Shown here in pieces: positions 1 through 6,993 of a stretch of DNA of 64,000 nt. Source of the stretch: a virus. Its lineage: Duplodnaviria; Caudoviricetes. The notes below the pieces were generated by a model. It saw only the letters and a program-made list of their open reading frames with translations. It had not been told where the DNA came from and ran no database searches. Each line of letters starts with the position of its first letter. Positions within the stretch are counted from its first letter, which is position 1. Location of the stretch: positions 192,001 to 256,000 of IMG/VR virus record IMGVR_UViG_3300014204_013734. One strand, 5' to 3'. The position numbers were made by a program, and so were the translations under genes.

Positions 1-8
1 AGTTATGA

Positions 9-617
9 ATGGCCATCAAGGATGCCAGCCGGGTTAGGGCGACTTATGGCCGTACCTGGGCCAAGACGGGGAAGCTTGAAGTTTCCAAGGAATTCCTTGA
101 CGAGATTGGTCTGCTGATTGTCAGCATTGTCCGGACGGAAGCCCGTAACGAATTTGCCAAGCGTGGTTGGTCCGGCAAGGACCCGATGGGCGGACCGGAT
201 ATTGGGGATTCCTTCAAGCATGAAGTTGTCGGGGATTCTACCATCGTCATCAAGTCGTCCTTTTATGGCATTACCGAACTCACGTCGGATGAAGGAATTC
301 CCGAACGTCGCATGACATGGTTGACGCAGAACAGGTCGGGATGGAAACCTCCTACCAGGAAAGCTATGGTAAAGGCTCCAAAACCAAAAGGGACCAGGAA
401 ACCTTTGGTCGTTCCTTTGACGGCTTCCGACGGGGAAGTGATTTTCCGGATGGCCCCGTTAACAATGGCGGACGCGTGGATACATCCTGGGATCGCCCGA
501 TTCACATTTATGGAACGTGCCTTGCGTAAGGGACGGAAACTGTGGGAAAAGATGATAGCTGAATGGACAGTGGAAGTGATTGCCGGGGGTTTTGAGGAGG
601 CGACCAAACGTGGTTGA
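9..617 (+). CDS. phage protein, possibly head-tail/neck (HK97 gp10-like) morphogenesis protein
   Basis: 202-aa basic ORF at start of structural module; C-terminal HPG..RFTFMERAL resembles gp10-like termini; the true start may differ because it lies at the window edge. Confidence 0.45.
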   Translation: MAIKDASRVRATYGRTWAKTGKLEVSKEFLDEIGLLIVSIVRTEARNEFAKRGWSGKDPMGGPDIGDSFKHEVVGDSTIVIKSSFYGITELTSDEGIPERRMTWLTQNRSGWKPPTRKAMVKAPKPKGTRKPLVVPLTASDGEVIFRMAPLTMADAWIHPGIARFTFMERALRKGRKLWEKMIAEWTVEVIAGGFEEATKRG

Positions 618-1197
618 AGCCCGTATCATATGTTTGGTGCCGTCCATCCGTATTCCGGATCTTGATTTGACTTTGGCTAAGGACCAGGAAGCTTACGTGG
701 ACGAAAAGGCTGCCAAAGGTTCCCTTGATTTGGATGTAGCCCGCCGGGCCGGCGGAGTCCAATTGCATTGGGTAGAACGTAGCCGAATCGTTAAGTCCCC
801 CGACCCTCCGGTGCCGCCTGTACGTGTGGATCCGCCAAAACGAGGATTCCAGTCGTTTCCAGCAGAACGGTTGGAATTGGATTTGGATGACTTGGCCAGT
901 CGTGTTGCTGAACGGATGGTTTCCAAGACTAGGGATTCAGAAACGAACAGCAAGATAGACGCCCTCCTTGAACTGGTTGGAAATCTTCGTCAAGAAATTG
1001 CAGGGGCTTCTGTTGCATCGGGTCAGTCCCGTGGTAGGGTAACAGTTGAGGATGACACCCCTGTGTTCATCCCTGGCAAGTTGGTGAACGAAGATTTGGG
1101 GACCGTGGAAGTGAAGACAGACGATTCAGATTCCGGTGATGGTTTGGATAAGGCGGCGGAAGTCTTGAAAGCATTACGGAAACGCAAGAAGAAATGA
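610..1197 (+). CDS. hypothetical phage protein (helical/coiled-coil, basic C-terminal tail), coupled to the actin-like gene
   Basis: GAGGAGG RBS at 594-600 before in-frame GTG at 610; overlaps the upstream stop. Confidence 0.7.
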   Translation: MVEARIICLVPSIRIPDLDLTLAKDQEAYVDEKAAKGSLDLDVARRAGGVQLHWVERSRIVKSPDPPVPPVRVDPPKRGFQSFPAERLELDLDDLASRVAERMVSKTRDSETNSKIDALLELVGNLRQEIAGASVASGQSRGRVTVEDDTPVFIPGKLVNEDLGTVEVKTDDSDSGDGLDKAAEVLKALRKRKKK

Positions 1198-1208
1198 GGA
1201 GAACCGCC

Positions 1209-2237
1209 ATGGCGGACAAGACAGAAAAATCAAATAATTCCAATAGGTTGCCGGGCAGTGGTTTAGATTGTGGCACTATGAATATTGTTTCAGCCAGACG
1301 AGGCCCTTCTGGTATCATTACGAAACGGATGCGGGACGTGTTCCTAGATCTTCCCTTAAGTGCGAAGAAGATGTTGAAGTTATCCAACGCCAGTTTCGTG
1401 GAACGGCCAGACGACGTCCTCATCCTGGGCGATGCGGCCCTGGAAATGGCCAACGTGTTTGGGAAGGATCCTCGCCGTCCATTGGCCCAGGGTATTATTT
1501 CTCCCAGTGAATCGGAAAGTTTGGAAGTTTTGGGGTTGCTCGTCAAGAGTGTTCTTGGTGACCCTATTGTTCCGGGGGAACATTGTTACTTTTCTGTTCC
1601 TGCTATGCCGGTTGACAGGACAGATAAGGATGTCATTTACCATCGTGGGGTGTTTGAACGCATTGTCAAGGAATGTGGGTTCACGCCACATTCCGGCAAC
1701 GAGGCGATGGCCATCATCTATTCGCAGACGGCGGAAGAAGGCTTTTCCGGGATTGCCCTTTCCTTCGGAAGCGGTATGACAAATGTCGCACTTTCGATAA
1801 ATACCGTAGAAGGGTTGACTTTTTCGGTCGCCCGGGGCGGGGATTGGATTGATGCCGGCGCGGCGCATGCCATTGGGCAGACGCCTGCCCGCATCTGTGC
1901 CCTGAAGGAACGCGGGTTTGACCTCATAAGCCCTGTCGGCAGGGAACAGGAAGCCTTGGCTTTCTATTACAAGGAAGCCATCAACTATGCTTTTGACCAG
2001 ATCGAAGCCCAGTTCAAGGCGGTCAAGGACAAGTTCTCCCTTGCGAAGCCTATCCCGATGATCGTGTCGGGCGGGACTTCCCTTGCCGGTGGCTTCATGG
2101 ATTTCTTCACGGGAGTTTTTGAAGCCCGTCGGAAGAAGTTCCCCATTTCCATTTCGGTCATCCGTCAGGCATCTGACCCCTTGAATGCCGTGGCTCATGG
2201 TTTGCTGGTGCAGGCGATGCAAGAGCACGAACAATAG
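1209..2237 (+). CDS. actin-fold ATPase (MreB/FtsA/ParM-like)
   Basis: Phosphate-1 GLDCGTMNI, connect-1 NEAMAII, phosphate-2 SFGSGMTNV followed by RGGDWID, adenosine motif VSGGTSLAGG, connect-2 DPLNAVAHG; RBS GAGGAG before ATG 1209. Confidence 0.85.
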   Translation: MADKTEKSNNSNRLPGSGLDCGTMNIVSARRGPSGIITKRMRDVFLDLPLSAKKMLKLSNASFVERPDDVLILGDAALEMANVFGKDPRRPLAQGIISPSESESLEVLGLLVKSVLGDPIVPGEHCYFSVPAMPVDRTDKDVIYHRGVFERIVKECGFTPHSGNEAMAIIYSQTAEEGFSGIALSFGSGMTNVALSINTVEGLTFSVARGGDWIDAGAAHAIGQTPARICALKERGFDLISPVGREQEALAFYYKEAINYAFDQIEAQFKAVKDKFSLAKPIPMIVSGGTSLAGGFMDFFTGVFEARRKKFPISISVIRQASDPLNAVAHGLLVQAMQEHEQ

Positions 2238-2269
2238 TTTCAGTTCTTGGCGGAATCCGTGGTGGATTT

Positions 2270-2278
2270 TGTTAAGTT
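2270..2278 (+). promoter_or_regulatory. possible extended -10 sigma70-type promoter for the 2308 operon
   Basis: TGT-TAAGTT (TGn + TAnnnT) in the intergenic gap, about 30 nt upstream of ATG 2308. Confidence 0.3.
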
Positions 2279-2307
2279 TGATAGACAGACAAAGGAAGGC
2301 AAGGATC

Positions 2308-2712
2308 ATGAAAACGTTTGACGAAATCTACAAAGACACGGATTCATTGGACGACAAGGCCCTCTTGGATTCCTTGCGGGAAGAATCCAGGTGCAAGCTG
2401 GCGTCGGAAAAGTTTCTCCACCAATTCGGTGATCTGTTTGCTGCTGTTGAACACAACAATGTTCGGGTGTCTGATGTCGTCACGTCTGTGACCATTTGGA
2501 CGGACTTGCGGAAAAACTATCCAGAATACGTGGATCCTGAAACGGAACTGTCCGTTCTGAAGGATGGCAGGATGGGAGGTTTGTGGGGCGCCAATGTGTG
2601 GGTTGACAAGACGGTGCCTCCCAACCATATCCGCGTCTATGGAGAAGATGACCCGGCGTTCGCATCCGAATGGCCCAAGTTCGCATCTGCAGCGGAAAAG
2701 TTGTGGACCTGA
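2308..2712 (+). CDS. small protein resembling a fragment (A-domain region) of an HK97-fold major capsid protein
   Basis: AAGGAAGG-type RBS before ATG 2308; segment FAAVEHNNVRVSDVV...WTDLRK...VDPETELSVLKDGRMGGLWGANVWVDKTVPP shows the G-x-L-W-G-x-x-V-x-V-x-x-x-VP pattern of HK97-type capsids; only 134 aa. Confidence 0.5.
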   Translation: MKTFDEIYKDTDSLDDKALLDSLREESRCKLASEKFLHQFGDLFAAVEHNNVRVSDVVTSVTIWTDLRKNYPEYVDPETELSVLKDGRMGGLWGANVWVDKTVPPNHIRVYGEDDPAFASEWPKFASAAEKLWT

Positions 2713-2761
2713 ACTTCTACGGCAAAAGCCATTTGACGACCGAACAAAGGAGTTTTTGAAT

Positions 2762-3655
2762 ATGACCGAAAAGAAGACATTTCAACCATTTCCTGTTCAG
2801 CGGGTCATCATCAAGGCTTTTCGTGGCATTCAATTGGATTCCGTTGCCAAGTTCAGCATCCTGTCGGATTGGAAAAAAGGGAAGAAGGAAACCGTTACTG
2901 AGACGTCCCTCCTTCATTACCTTCACGATGAAGGCATGTGCAACACTTGGAAAATTGAAGTTGGAAGACCCTTCCAACAACTCGTTCTTTGTGCTGGACG
3001 TCGGGCTGGCAAGAGCTTTGTGGGGCACCGTCTCGTGGCGGATGCTTTCAACGAATTACGGTCTACGGATGATTTCCGAGTCGGTTTGGGTCTTGGGGAA
3101 GAAGAAGACCTGAACATGGCGGTTGTCGGCGCATGCAAGGAAATGACAGATTATTCCATGAATGCTATTTGGGATAATTTGAAGGGGGATGATTCGTTAG
3201 CACGGGTTGTCGGACGGATTTCAGATCCTAAACGCCGTTGTCGCATTGTAGCCATGTCGGCTTCCGGCAAGGCGTTGCACGGCAGTAAGAATTATTTCAC
3301 CTTTCTGGATGGAACCATACACGGCCCGAACCCCGATAAGGTTTACAGGTTGGCTCTGATGTCCGGTAAGGGCTTTAAGGGGTCTGCGGAAAGTAAAGTT
3401 GTGTCTGTATTTTCTCCGCCGATCATGCAGAAAGGTGCTGATTTCGCTTACAGGTTTTGGTTGTCGGCCCACCAGGATGCCGGGAATACCCTTTGTTTTC
3501 GCATCCCTTCTTGGGTGATGAACCCGACGATTTCCCGGGATGTGTGGAAGCAGGAAGCAGATCGTATGGACGAAGCCGTATTCCGGGCGGAATACGGGGC
3601 TGAATTTGTTAGTGCTGATGGAAAGCCGTGGAAAAATACAAAGGACCTTTACTAA
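2762..3655 (+). CDS. truncated terminase large subunit-like protein (ATPase domain only, degenerate Walker B)
   Basis: RBS AAGGAG; Walker A LVLCAGRRAGKS; Walker B-like YFTFLDG lacks the catalytic Glu; C-terminal PSWVMNPTI...FRAEYGAEF is typical of the TerL ATPase-nuclease linker; no RNase H-like nuclease follows. Confidence 0.7.
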   Translation: MTEKKTFQPFPVQRVIIKAFRGIQLDSVAKFSILSDWKKGKKETVTETSLLHYLHDEGMCNTWKIEVGRPFQQLVLCAGRRAGKSFVGHRLVADAFNELRSTDDFRVGLGLGEEEDLNMAVVGACKEMTDYSMNAIWDNLKGDDSLARVVGRISDPKRRCRIVAMSASGKALHGSKNYFTFLDGTIHGPNPDKVYRLALMSGKGFKGSAESKVVSVFSPPIMQKGADFAYRFWLSAHQDAGNTLCFRIPSWVMNPTISRDVWKQEADRMDEAVFRAEYGAEFVSADGKPWKNTKDLY

Positions 3656-3674
3656 GCGTTGACGGGAGGATTCT

Positions 3675-5009
3675 ATGCTTCATCAATGGGCTGGATGGGA
3701 AGTAGATCTACTGTCGGCGACACGCCCTTGGCTTCCTGCATCCGATCTTATTAGTTTGTTCAAGGCGTGCGGATCCGTCAGATCCAAAGATTCTTTGAAC
3801 AACAAGGCAACTGCTCTTGGTATTGACATACGGGGGCACAATGCCGAAAAGGCACTGTCAGCGGTCATCAAGTCAAAAATCCCACAAAACCTGAAACAAT
3901 TGGCGGTTACGTTCCTTGGAGGGGTTCCTATCGATACGTCGGAAATCGGGGATCCTTCAAAGGTAGCTGACCGAGTGGAAATTGACAAACTTCGGGGTAG
4001 GGTCCGGTCCCTTGAAAAGGACTTGGAAGAAGGCACCTATTTCGGCAAAATCGTGAAGGATCTGTTTTCCAAACCGGTTTCGGTTCCGGATTGGGTTCTG
4101 GCAGCCCCCAAGAAGAAATCAGGGAAGGTAGCGACCCCCCAACTGCTCATCAGTGATTGGCATTATGGGGAAGTCGTGGACCCGAATGCCATTTGGGGAG
4201 TCAACGAATACAACCCAGAAATAGCTGTCCGGCGCCTGCACCGTGTAGCACAAGCTGCTACCTCCATGTTCAAGGAATACTTGTCGGGATGGCGGTATGA
4301 CGGCATCATAGTCCCCTTGGCAGGGGACATGATTTCCGGCAAGATTCATGCAGAGTTGGAACGTACAAACGCCGAACAGTTGACTGATTCCGTTTTGTCC
4401 TGGTCAGCCGAATTGGCGCGTATGCTTACTGTCCTGGCGGATGCCTTCGGCAAAGTTTACGTTCCAGCGGTAGTTGGAAATCATGGCAGGGAAGATCTTA
4501 AACCTTCCATGAAGCAGGCCGTGGCCCGGAACTACGATTATCTGTTGTACCGACTTGTGAAACGGGAAGTGCATAATGATCCCCGTATTACGGTGGATGT
4601 GTCCCTTTCTACTTCACGTAGGTACACGGTTTACGGGCAGGGATACCACTTGATGCACGGTGACGATTTCAAGGGTGGTAGCGGTATTGCCGGTTCCTGG
4701 TCCCCTTTGAAACTCGGAGAACACCGGACGACGCAACAGTTCATGGATTTGGGACATGATTTTGAGTCTGGGTGTTTGGTTCTTGGGCACTTCCATCGTC
4801 GGATGACCGATATTGGTCTGATTGTCAACGGGTCAGGGATCGGTTACAATGAATTTGCATTCCGGAAACATTACAAATTCGAAAGACCCCAGCAGGCGGC
4901 GTGGATCACAACCCCGGAAAATGGCCAGACTTTGGAATTCCCTGTATTCTGTGATTCCCACGAGGAATACGAAGCCCAGATAGTTGCCGCCAGACTCTTG
5001 AACAAGTGA
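3675..5009 (+). CDS. calcineurin-like metallophosphoesterase with N-terminal helical/coiled-coil extension
   Basis: All five motifs present: SDWHYGE, GDMISG, GNHG, HGD, GHFH; RBS GGGAGG. Confidence 0.85.
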   Translation: MLHQWAGWEVDLLSATRPWLPASDLISLFKACGSVRSKDSLNNKATALGIDIRGHNAEKALSAVIKSKIPQNLKQLAVTFLGGVPIDTSEIGDPSKVADRVEIDKLRGRVRSLEKDLEEGTYFGKIVKDLFSKPVSVPDWVLAAPKKKSGKVATPQLLISDWHYGEVVDPNAIWGVNEYNPEIAVRRLHRVAQAATSMFKEYLSGWRYDGIIVPLAGDMISGKIHAELERTNAEQLTDSVLSWSAELARMLTVLADAFGKVYVPAVVGNHGREDLKPSMKQAVARNYDYLLYRLVKREVHNDPRITVDVSLSTSRRYTVYGQGYHLMHGDDFKGGSGIAGSWSPLKLGEHRTTQQFMDLGHDFESGCLVLGHFHRRMTDIGLIVNGSGIGYNEFAFRKHYKFERPQQAAWITTPENGQTLEFPVFCDSHEEYEAQIVAARLLNK

Positions 5010-5038
5010 AGGAGGTAGATTACAAATAATTTCCTTAT

Positions 5039-5255
5039 CGTTCCCCCACTTATGTGGGGTGATCTTGGAACCCCTTTGGTGAGTATTCCCCACATCAGTG
5101 GGGATGAACCGCGGCGTGGATTACGTTCCCTACACACGTGGGGATGGCCCGTGCTCGGCGTTTGTTCGTTCCTAATTCCCCACGTTAGTGGGGGTGACCC
5201 GTGGGACATCACCTTAGATTTTGATGTTGTTCCCCACATTAGTGGGCGTTGACTG
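5039..5255 (+). CRISPR. degenerate type I-E-like CRISPR mini-array (5 repeats, 4 short spacers), no cas genes in window
   Basis: Repeats at 5039-~5065, 5083-5111 (GTATTCCCCACATCAGTGGGGATGAACCG), 5123-5151, 5173-5201 and 5227-5255; 29-nt unit with CCCCAC-N4-GTGGGG hairpin and GRTGRNCCG 3' end like I-E repeats; spacers ~17, 11, 21 and 25 nt. Confidence 0.85.
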
Positions 5256-5271
5256 ACCAGAGGGGTTCCAA

Positions 5272-6471
5272 TTGTACTTTCAGTTAACCGAACAATTGAA
5301 ACGACGGTTCATTTTAGAACTCCGTCGTTTCTGGTCTACACATCCCCACTACTCCGACATTGTTGACAAAATTCAAGGGAAGTTTTCCTTCAAGGAACGT
5401 CCTTCCTACGGCATTATTGTCAAGACTTCCGGAGGTAACCGGGTTGACCTTTCCGCCGACAACTATATGGCTATGACGATCAGTTACGTCCACTTGGCGC
5501 GTGCAAGAAACAATCCTGGGGTTGCCATAGAATGGGTTCGTGAAGATTCTGTTGCCATTCAAAATAATGGAGGTATTTTTCCGTCTCTGCCTGGTGTTTA
5601 CTGGATTGAATTGACGGAGGATACTGAATTTTACGTTGACCCTCTCCTGAACATTGTCGGGGAAATCCCAACCCCTATTGACCTTACGACGTTTCAGTTG
5701 CAGCACGCCCCTGTTGCTGGGACTGTCCGTTTGTATGAGATGCCTGCCCGTTATATGTTGGTAGAGGGACAGAACTACACACTTTCCCTTGGACCTGATG
5801 GGAAACCGAATGGTGAAATCATTCTGACGACTCCGTTGACCAGAGACCGCTTTCTGGTAGCGGATTATCGTTTTCCAGCCCCCTCCCGTGGACCTTTCGT
5901 TTTGAACCCCGGTTATGCTGATAACAAAGCAATCCCGGGTGTGATTTTGGCATTTGGTAGGAGGAATCAGAAGGGTGATAAACTTGTTGTCATCGTTGAC
6001 GAAATTCGTCGTCCAGTTGCGTTGGAGTATGGTGGAAAATGGGACGTCACCTTAGATTTTGATGTCATTGCCAGAGATGTTCATGCACAGCAGGAAATTG
6101 CAGATGCAACCGTCGTCTGGATTTGGGCTGTCCTTCGGTCTTGGATGTCCCAGGAAGGTTTGGAAATTACCGACCTGTCCATGGGGGGTGAATCGGAGGA
6201 AACCTACGATGAAGCTGGTGACGACTATTTCTACAACTCTTCGTTTTCCTTGACCGTTCAGACTGATTGGCGCCTCCAGGTTCCTTTGAGTGCCTTTATC
6301 CGGCAAGTTACTCCTGAAACCAGCATTTATGCCCGGGGATTGGCTTCTATCCCGGATGCCCAGTTGGCTTTAACCCAACAGGGGATTAGGGCGGCTACCG
6401 ACTTGGGTTTGGAACTGGTTTCCGACCCCTTCTTTTCCGGGCGTATTGCCACATACGAACAAGTCCGGTGA
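5272..6471 (+). CDS. tail completion/neck-like virion structural protein
   Basis: 399 aa, TTG start after GAGGGG RBS; beta-rich, C-terminal DFDVIARD...QQEIAD...SFSLTVQTDW resembles tail-terminator folds; located upstream of sheath. Confidence 0.55.
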   Translation: MYFQLTEQLKRRFILELRRFWSTHPHYSDIVDKIQGKFSFKERPSYGIIVKTSGGNRVDLSADNYMAMTISYVHLARARNNPGVAIEWVREDSVAIQNNGGIFPSLPGVYWIELTEDTEFYVDPLLNIVGEIPTPIDLTTFQLQHAPVAGTVRLYEMPARYMLVEGQNYTLSLGPDGKPNGEIILTTPLTRDRFLVADYRFPAPSRGPFVLNPGYADNKAIPGVILAFGRRNQKGDKLVVIVDEIRRPVALEYGGKWDVTLDFDVIARDVHAQQEIADATVVWIWAVLRSWMSQEGLEITDLSMGGESEETYDEAGDDYFYNSSFSLTVQTDWRLQVPLSAFIRQVTPETSIYARGLASIPDAQLALTQQGIRAATDLGLELVSDPFFSGRIATYEQVR

Positions 6472-6540
6472 TTTTCGTTATTCTCCTTATCGGACACAAC
6501 TTTTGGTGAGGGTTATATCCTTTTTCCAAGGAGGTACGGC

Positions 6541-6993
6541 TTGCCGATTTTTGATTATCAGTGTTCGTGCGGAATCCGGTTTGAAGCCCCAGGTAAAATG
6601 TCGGAAAACATGAAGCCTTGTCTTTGTCCGGGATGTGGGAAGGATGCCGAACGGATTGTTCCTTCTACGTTGGAAAGTGTATTCCACCAAGACGTGACAG
6701 GTCCGGTTCCCCAGAACACGGGGATTTCCGCAATTGATGCGGACATTGACCGAGCCATCGGCAAATCGTCGGAAACCGGCTGGAAGGCGCATGTCGAACG
6801 TGTGGCTGAGAAAAAGAGGATACTTTCTGAAAATCCCGAAGCTTCAGGTTACGACCTTACGGAAACCCCGGATGGGGATTTTGAAGTTATGCCGAAGGAT
6901 AAACGGGGGTTCCAGGATAGGGCTTTGGAAATCAACACCTTGGCTGTTGGAACATTGAAAAAAGAAGCCCTTCCAAAAGGGGATGGAAAATAA
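6541..6993 (+). CDS. FmdB-like zinc-ribbon protein
   Basis: MPIFDYQCSCGIRFE...CPGCG signature; AAGGAGG RBS before TTG. Confidence 0.75.
   Translation: MPIFDYQCSCGIRFEAPGKMSENMKPCLCPGCGKDAERIVPSTLESVFHQDVTGPVPQNTGISAIDADIDRAIGKSSETGWKAHVERVAEKKRILSENPEASGYDLTETPDGDFEVMPKDKRGFQDRALEINTLAVGTLKKEALPKGDGK

Noticed and set aside
5052-5252. 66-aa ORF across the repeat array (and antisense ORFs 4833-5093, 4871-5239)
   Set aside because: Its PHISG repeats and WDITLDFDV similarity to gene 5272 are by-products of the CRISPR repeats and spacer 4; no properly spaced RBS.
5039-5255. Array interpreted as REP/terminator hairpins or a TIGR-type array
   Set aside because: The units have the asymmetric 29-nt I-E repeat layout and single contiguous spacers with PAM-like flanks; there is no fixed 36-nt dual-spacer period or U-tract.
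5202-6064. Near-duplicate 25-mer interpreted as a DGR template/variable repeat
   Set aside because: Too short, mismatches across the spacers are not adenine-specific, no reverse transcriptase in the window, and the copy sits between CRISPR-type repeats.
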